A stretch of DNA of 64,000 nt from Cyanobacteria bacterium P01_F01_bin.150 (GTDB taxonomy: Bacteria; Cyanobacteriota; Cyanobacteriia; CAKZMO01), in assembly GCA_039189765.1 (NCBI GenBank), contig JBCCYL010000020.1, positions 1 to 64,000 on the forward strand, read 5' to 3'. The position numbers and the translations under genes are program-made. The notes beneath the pieces were generated by a model. That model made no database searches. It saw only the letters and a list, made by a program, of their open reading frames with translations, and was not told the DNA's origin. Positions 42,794 to 52,993 of this stretch are shown one piece after another. Each line of letters starts with the position of its first letter. The stretch's first letter is position 1.

Positions 42794-43408
42794 CTAGTCT
42801 TCAATCGCTTTCATCAGTAATTCCACAATACTGTAATTTTCCATGTCTTCAAACGTGACGGTGTCACAAATATCAAACTTAGCCCCTACATCCTGTAGCT
42901 TGTCATCGAGGGCTTGCAGAAACTGAGTCGCTCCCGAGTCAGTACCAATTTGGAAAAAGCTAACGGCTAGCTCTTCATCTCGGTCCATGCGTTGAGTCGT
43001 ATCCACAATTGTGCGCATCACTGATGCGGGATCATTGGGAGCACCATCAGTAATCACTAAAATTGTTTCTCCTTCAGGCTGACCTTCTCCAGATGCCTTA
43101 CGCTGAAAGTAACTTTGGAAGGCGTCTTTCAAAACATCTGTTAGATTCGTGGTCCCCATGGGATCATTCTCTAGAAAGATTTGGCTGACTTTTTCAGCAG
43201 TAACATTGTCATAGCGCTTAAAGCGGCCAGCAAATAGATATACCGTAATCCCATCGGGATCAAGCTGTTCGATTTTACGAGCAACCGCTTGGGTTGACTC
43301 CTGGACCGCTTCCCATCGGGTTTTGCCTCCGGGTTGGTCACTGGCGGACATGCTGCCACTCTTGTCAATAATGATGGTGTAATCGCGGTTCATAAGCATT
43401 TTGTTCAT
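42794..43408 (-). CDS. von Willebrand factor A domain protein
   Basis: MIDAS DKSGSM, GTTNL, ILVITDG. Confidence 0.92.
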   Translation of the reverse strand: MNKMLMNRDYTIIIDKSGSMSASDQPGGKTRWEAVQESTQAVARKIEQLDPDGITVYLFAGRFKRYDNVTAEKVSQIFLENDPMGTTNLTDVLKDAFQSYFQRKASGEGQPEGETILVITDGAPNDPASVMRTIVDTTQRMDRDEELAVSFFQIGTDSGATQFLQALDDKLQDVGAKFDICDTVTFEDMENYSIVELLMKAIED

Positions 43409-43547
43409 GATGAGGCATATGGATAAATTTGATAATGACAGGCAATAGACATCTCGTAGCGGTTCACGTCTTCTAAGTCTGTCGTAGCCTATTTATATCA
43501 ACCACCATTTTATCGGGGTTTACGAAGGGCTGAGGGTGAGGGTTTCC

Positions 43548-45887
43548 CTACTGGATGGGGTCTTTTTCTAAATTCCAAATTCGAATGGAATGACTCCCCC
43601 TTCCCGCAGCCAGGATTTGCCAGGTTGATCCGGTAAACCGTATTGCGACTGTGTTGACGAACGTATTCTGCCACGGGATTGAGGTCAGCAAAGATTGGGA
43701 CGGCAGATCCCACACCCGAATCGTTTGATCTGCACTGGTACTGACTAAATGCTGGCCATCAAGGGTGATCGCCAATGCATTGACAAAACTGGTGTGTTGC
43801 TCAAGCGTATGCAGAGGTTCGTAGGTTAGCGCGTCCCAAATTTTAATTTGATGATCAGCCCCACCACTGATAACGGTACTGCCATTTAAACTAAAGGCGA
43901 GTGTGTTGATAAAGCTCTTATGACCAGTCAGCGTAGCAATATTTTGATAGGTTGCCAAATTCCAAAGTTTGATGGTGCGATCGGCAGCACCACTGGCGAG
44001 CAACGTACCATCGGGGCTAATCCTAAGGGCATTTACAAAACTACTGTGACCAGTCAGCGTCTCTAGCTCAGAATAGGTTGTTAGATCCCAGATTTTAATC
44101 GTTTTATCTGCACTAGCACTGGCAAGCCGCTGACCATCGGCAGTAATTGCTAGGGCATTAATCGGGGCACCATGTCCAGCGAGATTGGCGATCGCCTCAC
44201 CCGTCAGGGGATTCCAGAGCTTAATGAGCGTATCCCCGCCCCCGCTTGCAACCATCTGGCCGTTGGGACTAATGGCAACGGCCTGGACGCGATCGCGATG
44301 GCCAACCAGCCGTCGCATTTCTGAACCTGACACTAAATCCCACAGACGCACCGTTCGATCATCGCTAGCGCTGGCCAGGAGACGCTGATCCAAGCTAATG
44401 GCTAAGGCATTAATCGCCGCTGTATGTCCATCCAAAGCGCTGGTCGCCGTAAAAGAAAGGGCGGAAGAGACTTCAGGAGCATCTAACTCAGAGTTTTTCA
44501 CGACCTCGGGAGCATTGCCAGGGGTCTGAATAGCTGATAAATAGAGCGATCGCCCTCCCCAGAAAATAAGGACGCCCCCTAAGCTAAACAAAAGCCCCAT
44601 CCCTATTCGCGTTAACCAATGCAATACCCACTGCGTTGACGCAGCTTGGATCTGAGTCGCGTCGGGCTGTACAGTGGTGCCGAAATTCTGGCTACGTCTT
44701 TTTACGCCTGCCCTAGAAGCAGAGGGAGTGGATGATGCCTTCCTTTGAAAAATAGATGAGTCAGCATTTGATACTGGCTGTCGTTCATCTTGCCGAGATT
44801 GCGCAGATAAGGACTGCATGGATTCAATAAACGTATGATCGGGAGGTAGAGTCGCCGATCCGTCCAGGCTTGGGTCCAGGGAAGAAGATGCTGGAGCTGG
44901 TGGAGGAGCAGAGGGAAAGGATGAACTCAACCGTTCCGCAGAGGCAGTATCATGGCTTGTCAAAGTACTATTAGCGTCCTGCAAATCAGCCACTCTAGCC
45001 AAAATTTCCAGGGTGTTGGGAGGGCGTTCAATCACTCGAAAAGCAGTCAATTGATCAATAAAATCTGCCAGACCAGAAGAAATATGGGGAGCAAAGGGCC
45101 GCCAATGAAACTCATTGGTCAATGCATCATAAATATCAGGGTCTAGAGGCTTCCTGCCAGTGAGGAGATAAATAAACGTGCAGCCCAGGGAATAGAAATC
45201 AGACTGAGGCACTGCCTTGCCACGCTCTTGCTCTGGTGCGGAATAGCCGACGGAACTAATGCGGGTGATTCCACCAGTGGATTCTAGCTGCTCAAAATAG
45301 GTGTAACTCACCTCACGCACAGCCCCAAAATCCACCAGAACGAGCTGGCCACTGGAGCGGAGCATAATATTATCAGGCTTGATATCCCGGTGAAAGTATT
45401 GTTGTTGATGAATTAAGTGTAATACTTCGCTTAGCTGTTGAAGCCATCGCAATGCCTGATGTTCACTAATGGGATGGTTGCCCTGCTGATGCATCCACTC
45501 ACTCAGATTAGGCCCATCAATCTTTTCCATTACGATGCAATAGATTGGCTTGGCTTCCGGAGTAGGCGTAATTTGAAAGCAGCCTGCTGGTTCAATTTTG
45601 GGCACACCAGGATGCTGCAAGCGACTGAGCACAAGCGCTTCTTGTTCAAAAAGCTGTATGGCTTTTTGATGCTGACTATGATCGGGCTTCAAAAGTTTAA
45701 GAATCTTGGGTCGATCGCGCTCAAAAGCTTCATAAACTAGACCAAACCCACTGTTGTTAGTCAGCAGCCGCATGACTCGGTAGCGCCCCTGAATGATTAA
45801 CTCTGCTCCGCAGATGGAGCAGTGAGATTGGCTGTCATTATTGGAGTGGTTCGGCTGGGGGCAGTTCGGGTTGATGCAGAGGGTCAT
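43548..45887 (-). CDS. Ser/Thr protein kinase with 4-Cys prefix, TM segment and WD40 repeats
   Basis: CINPNC...CSICG, HRDIKPDN, DFG, APE, SDFYSLG; about 7 GH...WD repeats. Confidence 0.95.
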   Translation of the reverse strand: MTLCINPNCPQPNHSNNDSQSHCSICGAELIIQGRYRVMRLLTNNSGFGLVYEAFERDRPKILKLLKPDHSQHQKAIQLFEQEALVLSRLQHPGVPKIEPAGCFQITPTPEAKPIYCIVMEKIDGPNLSEWMHQQGNHPISEHQALRWLQQLSEVLHLIHQQQYFHRDIKPDNIMLRSSGQLVLVDFGAVREVSYTYFEQLESTGGITRISSVGYSAPEQERGKAVPQSDFYSLGCTFIYLLTGRKPLDPDIYDALTNEFHWRPFAPHISSGLADFIDQLTAFRVIERPPNTLEILARVADLQDANSTLTSHDTASAERLSSSFPSAPPPAPASSSLDPSLDGSATLPPDHTFIESMQSLSAQSRQDERQPVSNADSSIFQRKASSTPSASRAGVKRRSQNFGTTVQPDATQIQAASTQWVLHWLTRIGMGLLFSLGGVLIFWGGRSLYLSAIQTPGNAPEVVKNSELDAPEVSSALSFTATSALDGHTAAINALAISLDQRLLASASDDRTVRLWDLVSGSEMRRLVGHRDRVQAVAISPNGQMVASGGGDTLIKLWNPLTGEAIANLAGHGAPINALAITADGQRLASASADKTIKIWDLTTYSELETLTGHSSFVNALRISPDGTLLASGAADRTIKLWNLATYQNIATLTGHKSFINTLAFSLNGSTVISGGADHQIKIWDALTYEPLHTLEQHTSFVNALAITLDGQHLVSTSADQTIRVWDLPSQSLLTSIPWQNTFVNTVAIRFTGSTWQILAAGRGSHSIRIWNLEKDPIQ

Positions 45888-45907
45888 GACAAATGCTCAG
45901 TAAAGCC

Positions 45908-46936
45908 CTAGAAATGTTGGAAACCATGCTCAAACTCTAATATTTCGTCAGGCAATTTTCCACTAGGATCGGTCAGAACAACGTTAGTGGTTTCTGTTAC
46001 TTTACCAATGATGCGGGCAGGCGAATCAAGGACTTTAATTAAGGATTGGGCGATCGCCTCTTCACAACACAACACCAGCTCAAAATCTTCTCCACCATAC
46101 AGCGCCCAGTGCAGGCTTTGGCATGGCGATCGCCATGTTAATACCTCCGGAGCAATGGGAATGGCCAAGCGATCTAATACAGCACCAACTTGGCTCGCTC
46201 GACAAATTTGTAGCACCGCATCAGCAAGACCATCGCTACTGTCCATCCCCGCAATTCGCCCCTTCTGCATGTCAGGAGAATTTGACTGACAGACTTGGTC
46301 AATGATTGAAATTACGTCTAAACGAGGCTGGGGACGCTGGTGCGCCTCAATTAGATAGCTATGGGATTCTGAGTCTACAGATATTGCCAATTCTGGCTTC
46401 AAAAGAAGCTCTAGCCCTGCCCGTGAACTTCCATGGAATCCGGTTACCCAAATAACATCTCCGGGCTGAGCACTAGCACGATAAATTGCGTTGCCTGGTA
46501 AAACCTGACCATAGGCAGCGATCGCTACCGTCATTAGCGATGATCGACAGACATCGCCGCCAACAATGGGCGTTTGAAACTGGCTTAAACAGTCTTGGAG
46601 CCCCTGATAGAACTCGTCTAAATCTGCCACTAACAAGCCGGGTGGAAGAGCCAAGCCAACCGTGATTCCCAGTGGCATGGCCCCCATTGCGGCAATGTCA
46701 GACAGATTGGCAGCAGCAGCGCGCCATCCAGCATCGTAGGGAGAAGTCGTGTGGACCGCTGGGGTCGCAAGGCCCCAGCTAAAATGCACTCCATCAACCA
46801 ATACATCTGTAGTCACCACTAATTTGTGGGACTCAGATATGGAAACCAGAGCCGCATCGTCTCCAACCACATGGGAAGGACAAAATGCCTGGAGACGCTT
46901 TAGCAGCCCTTGCTCTCCCAAGTCCCGGACCTGCAT
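45908..46936 (-). CDS. thiL: Thiamine-monophosphate kinase
   Basis: GDDAA, TTDVLVDGVHF, ANLSDIAAMGA, MDSSDGLAD, ALYGGEDFEL, GFQHF. Confidence 0.96.
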   Translation of the reverse strand: MQVRDLGEQGLLKRLQAFCPSHVVGDDAALVSISESHKLVVTTDVLVDGVHFSWGLATPAVHTTSPYDAGWRAAAANLSDIAAMGAMPLGITVGLALPPGLLVADLDEFYQGLQDCLSQFQTPIVGGDVCRSSLMTVAIAAYGQVLPGNAIYRASAQPGDVIWVTGFHGSSRAGLELLLKPELAISVDSESHSYLIEAHQRPQPRLDVISIIDQVCQSNSPDMQKGRIAGMDSSDGLADAVLQICRASQVGAVLDRLAIPIAPEVLTWRSPCQSLHWALYGGEDFELVLCCEEAIAQSLIKVLDSPARIIGKVTETTNVVLTDPSGKLPDEILEFEHGFQHF

Positions 46937-46945
46937 ATCGAAGGC

Positions 46946-48379
46946 TTAAGCGTGGGGCTTAAGATTTTCAGCACCATCAATCACTCGGATAGATTTGATG
47001 CGATCGCCGACTGCAAACTTATCAATAATTTCCTTATTTTCGACAGCATAGCCAAAGACCGCATATTCCCCATCCAACATATTGATGCCCGCAGGGGTCA
47101 TCTCTGTTTGAAACTTAAGGAAAAAGAATTGGGATGAACCACCATTTACATTTGAGTCAGGACGAGCCATGGCCAGTGTGCCAAACGCAGAGAAAGGTAG
47201 AACAGGATCATCCAAGGTAATACCCATCTGCTCCATCGTAAAGCCATACAAAGGATCTTTATCGCCTTGGACCAAAACCTCAAGAGGAACTGTCCGCTCT
47301 TCCCCAGTTTCAGGATCAATAAAGCCATCTTCAGGACCGTCTGGATCACCTGCCTGCACCACATAGAAGTCTTCTACTCGGTTAACCGATGTGCCGTCAT
47401 AAAAGCCACGTTGGACCAGATCAACAAAATTACCAGCAGTCAGCGGTGCGCTGTATCCGTCTAAAACGATGGTTGTTTTACCGTAATCCGTCTCCATTTC
47501 AACGGTCGCTCGACCCAAGAGGCGGGGAAGAGCATCGTACTCTTCCGGGATTTCAAACGGAAACTCAGTCACCATCAGCTCTTCGATACGACCAATTGCC
47601 TCCAAAACTTCCAGGCGCTTGGGATAAATGGCGTTGCGATCGCCTTCTTCCACATAGCTCAGCAGTGCACCAACGCCCTCTTCTACTTGCCCCAATAAAG
47701 CCGTAGCGGCTGGCTTACTAGCATCAGGGACCGCCTCTAGAATCTTCTCTGGTTTTGACAAGATTTTGTTTGCAAAGGATAGATTTCGCTTCACAGAGGA
47801 CAGGGGTCGCTTACCTTGAATCCTCAAAAGATTAGAGATTTCCTCAATCTTCCCTTGAATCTTGCGAATGGGCAAGTTATCGATAGGCAGTGAATAGCGA
47901 AGTAAGGCTTTTCCATCAGTAATTGCATTTCCAGGTGGAAGATAGCTAATCAAGCCAGCATTATTCAACTTAGCCAAGCGATGACCGAGGGCAGAATGCT
48001 CAACATCAGCATTCAAGGTAGAATCAGCCCCTGCTTCCATATCTATGTGATCAGGTAGTAAAGCAGCCATTGCCCCATTAACCAGGGGGACACAGGCGAA
48101 TAGCATTGCCATTACGATTGTCATTGCGGTGGCTGTCAATGACATTTTTCTCAATAATAAGGATATGTGAGACATCATCCGTCGAAGAAACGCCTGCAAG
48201 GTAGAAATACAAAATTTAGTCAAATAGCGTGGGCGCTTTATAACCTTACGAATGCTTACTTTGGTCCGCTTTAAAGCGGAGCCCAAACTAGAGAAAGAAG
48301 TCATTGAATGGGAATTGAACGAATACGACAGGAGCCAAAAGCCATCTCTCATCATCCCACAGGCAGGGGACAGACACAT
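46946..48379 (-). CDS. Cyclophilin-type peptidyl-prolyl isomerase (CYP38/TLP40-like)
   Basis: LPPGNAITDGKALLRYSLP, LPRLLGRATV, DGYSAPLTAGNFVDLV, GTLAMAR, SSQFFF. Real start likely downstream of 48379. Confidence 0.9.
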   Translation of the reverse strand: MCLSPACGMMRDGFWLLSYSFNSHSMTSFSSLGSALKRTKVSIRKVIKRPRYLTKFCISTLQAFLRRMMSHISLLLRKMSLTATAMTIVMAMLFACVPLVNGAMAALLPDHIDMEAGADSTLNADVEHSALGHRLAKLNNAGLISYLPPGNAITDGKALLRYSLPIDNLPIRKIQGKIEEISNLLRIQGKRPLSSVKRNLSFANKILSKPEKILEAVPDASKPAATALLGQVEEGVGALLSYVEEGDRNAIYPKRLEVLEAIGRIEELMVTEFPFEIPEEYDALPRLLGRATVEMETDYGKTTIVLDGYSAPLTAGNFVDLVQRGFYDGTSVNRVEDFYVVQAGDPDGPEDGFIDPETGEERTVPLEVLVQGDKDPLYGFTMEQMGITLDDPVLPFSAFGTLAMARPDSNVNGGSSQFFFLKFQTEMTPAGINMLDGEYAVFGYAVENKEIIDKFAVGDRIKSIRVIDGAENLKPHA

Positions 48380-48408
48380 AACTTAAAGTTTTAATCCTCT
48401 CTATAATC

Positions 48409-48488
48409 GGGTATCAGATTTAGGCGGTTGGTGTGGGCATGTCACGCTCACACCAACGTTAGTCTTGTTGCGCCTTAAAATAAAATCT
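48409..48488 (+). mobile_element. 80-bp MITE-like element (copy D, eroded right end)
   Basis: Aligns without gaps to copy B (gggtatc...cggtt(a/g)gtgtgggc...cacac...cgttagtcttgtt(t/g)cgccttaaaa); flanks ctataatc / ctcaatc only partly match. Confidence 0.75.
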
Positions 48489-48590
48489 CTCAATCGAGTT
48501 CCAGATTGAGTTTTTGTATCAGGGCGCAAAAAATCAGCCCTAGTAGGGGTACAATATGGTGCCGATTACTCCTCGAAGATAGTAGGGTTC

Positions 48591-49151
48591 ATGATTTCCA
48601 GTAATGACTTCCGTACAGGCACAAGCATCGAGCAAAATGGTTCTGTTTGGCGTGTTGTAGAGTTCCTTCACGTTAAGCCGGGAAAAGGCTCCGCGTTTGT
48701 GCGAACGAAGCTAAAAAATGTGCAAACTGGAAACGTCGTTGAAAAAACGTTTCGAGCAGGCGAAATGGTTCCCCAAGCCATCCTTGAAAAGAGCAACATG
48801 CAGCACACTTACAAGGATGGCGAAGACTTCGTTTTCATGGATATGGAAACCTATGAAGAAACTCGTTTATCTTCAGAGCAAATTGGTGGACGGGTCAAAT
48901 ATCTTAAAGATGGCATGGAAGTAACTGTTCTGACGTGGAACAACCAAGTGTTGGAAGTTGAACTTCCTAATTCTGTGACCCTTGAAGTGATTGAAACCGA
49001 TCCTGGAGTAAAAGGTGATACCGCTACAGGTGGAACGAAACCTGCCAAGGTTGAAACAGGCGCTCAAGTCATGGTTCCTCTGTTCATTTCTATTGGAGAG
49101 AAAATAAAAATTGATACTCGCAATGATTCCTATTTGGGTCGCGAGAACTAA
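48591..49151 (+). CDS. efp: Elongation factor P
   Basis: [27 protein letters not shown]. Confidence 0.98.
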   Translation: MISSNDFRTGTSIEQNGSVWRVVEFLHVKPGKGSAFVRTKLKNVQTGNVVEKTFRAGEMVPQAILEKSNMQHTYKDGEDFVFMDMETYEETRLSSEQIGGRVKYLKDGMEVTVLTWNNQVLEVELPNSVTLEVIETDPGVKGDTATGGTKPAKVETGAQVMVPLFISIGEKIKIDTRNDSYLGREN

Positions 49152-49275
49152 GCTCTGCACATAGAGCTTAACGTTGGCACTTTAATGAATTTTGTTAGAG
49201 GTATGCTATTCTCACCTCTACCTAATATTCAAACGTTTGTTTTGGTATTGTTCATCATCAAAGTCTTAGAAAACA

Positions 49276-49782
49276 GTGGACTTAAGTTTTAATGAACTGC
49301 GCGAACTGATCACGGCCATTGACGAGACAGATATTGCGGAGTTAGACCTGAAAAGTGGCGATTGGGAGCTTTCTATTAAGAAAGGTACTCAGGGGACAGT
49401 TGTTGTATCCCCGCCTAGTGCATCAGTTTCTGCACCCATGCCTGCTATGCCGATGGTAGCTCCGGCTCCTGTCGTTGCAGATTCCGTGGCTCCAGCTTCA
49501 GTAGCGCCCCCTGTCGCGCCTCCCCCCATTGCAGACCGTAAACTCATCGAAATTACTTCACCCATGGTAGGGACTTTCTATCGAGCTCCTGCCCCAGAAG
49601 AGCCACCGTTTGTATCGGTGGGTGATGCGATTAGCAATGGTCAAGCCGTTTGTATCATTGAGGCGATGAAGTTAATGAATGAGCTTGAGGCAGAGGTAAG
49701 CGGTAAGATTGTCGATATTTTGGTCGAAAATGCTGAGCCAGTTGAATTTGGTCAGGTACTGATGAGGGTTGACCCCGGCTAA
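49276..49782 (+). CDS. accB: Acetyl-CoA carboxylase biotin carboxyl carrier protein
   Basis: SPMVGTFY, biotinylation motif EAMKLMN; GTG start. Confidence 0.97.
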   Translation: MDLSFNELRELITAIDETDIAELDLKSGDWELSIKKGTQGTVVVSPPSASVSAPMPAMPMVAPAPVVADSVAPASVAPPVAPPPIADRKLIEITSPMVGTFYRAPAPEEPPFVSVGDAISNGQAVCIIEAMKLMNELEAEVSGKIVDILVENAEPVEFGQVLMRVDPG

Positions 49783-50111
49783 TCATTGCGGTTTGGTCAT
49801 CTGCTCCATCTATGATAAGTAAGCAGGCGTTCCTCCGATAATTGGGAGGGCGATGCATTCGGGTACATCATAAGAGCGAAGTTCTTTAACCGTTTGAGTC
49901 AGCTCAGGAAAACGGTTTAGCTTGGTTGTGATCACTAATTGCCATTCATCGTCCTCTTGGATGGCATTATCCCCTGTGTAAATAAAATGAATGGGAAAGA
50001 GAGATTGACGCAAGCCGCAAGGTTTCGAGAGACTACAGCTTGGGCGATCGCCACCGTCTCTTGCCTGGACGCAGTTGTGACTAAAACAACTCCGAGTGAT
50101 GATTGGGACAT
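49783..50111 (-). pseudogene. cutA: Divalent-cation tolerance protein CutA, disrupted
   Basis: ATG 50111 gives MSQSSLGVVLVTTASRQETVAIAQAVVSRNLAACVNL, then a +2 frameshift in ctctct (about 50000), then FPIHFIYT...EWQLVITTK...SYDVPECIALPI...YLS*, with TAG at 49810-49812 where Trp is expected; ancestral TGA at 49783-49785. Confidence 0.88.
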
Positions 50112-50241
50112 CTTTTTTCCTAAGCTTGTTTAAAAATTAGGCTGGTATTTTATTTAAGAACACAGAATCAATTGACCGTAGTGTAACCAACGTAGAGCAA
50201 CCCAGCTCTTTGTCACGCTAGATCTGGTGTAGAAAATTACA

Positions 50242-51087
50242 TCAAACTAGAATACCGCTGATGCTTGAAGAGTAAACAGATAAGGGCAAACCTCGATTCC
50301 GATGTCCCCTCAGCAACTTTGTTACACCATGCCAGTTTATCGCCTCCAGATTTGTCTGGGCAATTTTACCTGAACTCAACTGGGATTTTGGAAAGTGAGC
50401 CTTCTGCGAATTAGCATTGGTCAACTTTGCACTGTTGATGCAGATCTCCCTTAGCTCTGCCCCATTCAGACTATTAGCAGCTAAATTAGCCTCCTCTAGG
50501 CTATCCTCTGAAGCCTTCGTCATACTTAAGTTAATGCCACTAAGATTGACCCCCTTCAAGTCTAAACCGTTCAAGTAGGCTCCTTGTAAATTAACTTCAT
50601 GCAAAAATGCTCCTTTCAGATTGGCTCCGCTAAGCCTTGCCTCAGATAAGTTTGCCCAGTTCAAATTGGCATGGAATAAATTGGCATTACGTAGGTTACT
50701 TCCTTTAAGGTTGGCCCCACAAAGATTTGCACGCTGCAAGTCAGCGCTACGTAAATTGACATGGGTCAAGTTGGAGCCGCTGAGTTTAGCGCCCCCCAAA
50801 CTAGATTGGACCAAGAAAGCGCCTTGTAGATTAGCTTTCGTTAAATCCGCATCTTCAACAATGCCATCACTAAGCTTTACATAACATAGATCAGCCCAGT
50901 TGAGAAAAGCATTAGACAGATTAGTCCCCGTTAAAAATGCTCTTGATAACCGTGCTCCAGTCAGGTTAGCACCGCTTAAATCCACACCAATAAGTGTCGC
51001 ACCTGATAGGTTTGCTCCTTGTAAATCTACTCCAGAAAAGTTACGTTCACCTGCTTCATAGAACTTCAGTAGTACGCCAGCGTCCAT
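50242..51087 (-). CDS. Pentapeptide repeat protein
   Basis: YEAGERNF followed by tandem A(D/N)Lxx repeats. Confidence 0.93.
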   Translation of the reverse strand: MDAGVLLKFYEAGERNFSGVDLQGANLSGATLIGVDLSGANLTGARLSRAFLTGTNLSNAFLNWADLCYVKLSDGIVEDADLTKANLQGAFLVQSSLGGAKLSGSNLTHVNLRSADLQRANLCGANLKGSNLRNANLFHANLNWANLSEARLSGANLKGAFLHEVNLQGAYLNGLDLKGVNLSGINLSMTKASEDSLEEANLAANSLNGAELREICINSAKLTNANSQKAHFPKSQLSSGKIAQTNLEAINWHGVTKLLRGHRNRGLPLSVYSSSISGILV

Positions 51088-51116
51088 GTGCTCTCATCCC
51101 TCTGATACCTCAATTC

Positions 51117-51195
51117 GGGTTCGTCTTTAGGCAATCAAGCCTAAGGCAGTGACAGGAGCTAGAGCAGCCCAGCCATCCACTCCTAGGCGATACCC
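51117..51195 (-). mobile_element. 79-bp degenerate MITE-like element, reverse orientation (copy E)
   Basis: Minus strand gggtatcgcctaggagtggatgg...cact...ttaggcttgattgcctaaagacgaaccc resembles copies B and C; same length; no TSD. Confidence 0.5.
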
Positions 51196-51564
51196 GAATA
51201 TCTAACTTCAAACTCCTATATTTCAAGGTAAGCCAGGGATCATAAAGAAAAAAGAAAATGCCGCAACTAAAGAGAATTAGATAACCAAAGACAACAAGCG
51301 AAATGCTCAGATACAGTGGCAAAAGCACTATCCACTACAGCGCTAAAGATATATCAAAATATAAGACGTAGAGATAAATAATAAAAATTTTTATGTCCAA
51401 ACAAGCATTTTGGGCACTGGCAAGGAACAAGACCTTCTTTTGTTTTAGGCTATGTAATATAGGTCTTATGTATCGATTTAGGTTAAGCCAATATATATTA
51501 AAGTTCTTTGACAGAATACTTTTACAATATTTTTTCTTTTTCTTAATTATTGGATTGAAACTCA

Positions 51565-51645
51565 GGCTTAAAACTGAAGCTGGGAAGAATTTTACGGGAT
51601 ACTGGGGCGCTCCACGTTCCAGTATCCCGTCTTAAAATACAAGCC
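51565..51645. mobile_element. 81-bp MITE-like element, second subtype (copy F)
   Basis: Termini ggctt...aagcc; perfect 12-bp stem acgggatactgg/ccagtatcccgt (51594-51630); flanks gaaactca / gaaattca (7 of 8 match). Confidence 0.65.
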
Positions 51646-51867
51646 GAAATTCATTTCAAAGCAAGACAAAAACAACGTTAGCGTAATGGAATTTTTTCGA
51701 TGGAGAAATGTAGCTCCTCTATGAGCCATAGGACTTACATCTCATACAATCTCGGGTTTGAGTTTTATGGACATACACTTAGCTAATATCTAAAGGGGTA
51801 CATTTCTTGGTAGCCTAGTACTCCCATATGGCTTTTACTAGCCATTGTTAATTCCGTAGGTGTGACT

Positions 51868-52599
51868 ATGCAAACCCAGGAAAAGCTTTACGAAGGCAAA
51901 GCCAAAATTCTCTACACTACAGGCGAAGCCAATGTCCTAGCCAGCGTCTTTAAGGATGATGCGACGGCCTTTAACGCTCAGAAAAAAGGGACAATTCGAG
52001 GTAAAGGGGAAATCAACTGTGCAATTTCAACCCATCTCTTTAAACTCTTAGAAGCGAGGAATATTCCGACCCATTGGATTGACACTCCATCAGCCACAAT
52101 GATGCGAGTCCGGTCAGTGAAGATTGTGCCGTTGGAAGTTGTGGTACGCAACATTGCAGCAGGCAGCTTATGTCGTGAAACAGGGTTAACCGCAGGAGCC
52201 GCACTGAGTCCACCATTGGTCGAGTTCTACTACAAAAATGATGACCTGGGAGATCCGCTCTTGACGAGCGATCGCATCCGCATCCTTAATTTAGCAACAC
52301 CGGAGCAAGTCAATCAGCTTAATCAGATGGCTCTAGCCATCAACACTATTCTGATTGACTTTTTTGACCAATGTGGGATTACTCTGGTGGACTTCAAACT
52401 GGAGTTTGGCATCGACCATACCGGAACTTTAATGTTAGCGGATGAAATCAGCCCTGATACCTGCCGTTTTTGGGATAAAGCTGAATCGGATCCAAACTTA
52501 CGAGTGATGGATAAGGATCGGTTTCGCCATGACTTGGGAGACGTGGAAGGCGCGTATCAGCGGGTTTTAGAAAAAGTTCTGGGCCAGGCAATCGCATAG
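51868..52599 (+). CDS. purC: SAICAR synthetase
   Basis: LYEGKAK, FKDDATAFNA, PLEVVVRN, LVDFKLEFG, LADEISPDTCRFWD, DKDRFR. Confidence 0.98.
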   Translation: MQTQEKLYEGKAKILYTTGEANVLASVFKDDATAFNAQKKGTIRGKGEINCAISTHLFKLLEARNIPTHWIDTPSATMMRVRSVKIVPLEVVVRNIAAGSLCRETGLTAGAALSPPLVEFYYKNDDLGDPLLTSDRIRILNLATPEQVNQLNQMALAINTILIDFFDQCGITLVDFKLEFGIDHTGTLMLADEISPDTCRFWDKAESDPNLRVMDKDRFRHDLGDVEGAYQRVLEKVLGQAIA

Positions 52600-52993
52600 A
52601 CGTTAGGACATAGAATTGAAATAGGGTTCTAAGTAGGGCAGTTTTAAATGCGTCATATCTCATTGCAGTAAAGAGGCGGGGATTCTTTACCTTTCTCTAA
52701 GAAGACACCAGTAATGCTGTAAAATCTTTGCAAACTACATATCTGTTTACATTAAGTCGGCTACGGTTACATTCCGGTCATTTTGCGGTGATTTTAATGC
52801 TTCTAGAATTGAAAGCGCTGATTTGTCCTGATCTTCCATAGCCTGTAATGGTAACGGTTATTGAGTGACAGTGCCGTCCTGCTTTTCGTGTTGCTCACAG
52901 GCAGATTCGGTATGTCAGGCGTCCTATGTCATCAGTGTGTTTAGCATTGATGTCTTATTTGGTGTGTGGAGACAATCAACAATATTGAGGAAC

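Noticed and set aside
51110..51635. Small hydrophobic ORFs 51110-51328 and 51393-51635
   Set aside because: AT-rich and overlapping MITE-like elements; likely spurious.
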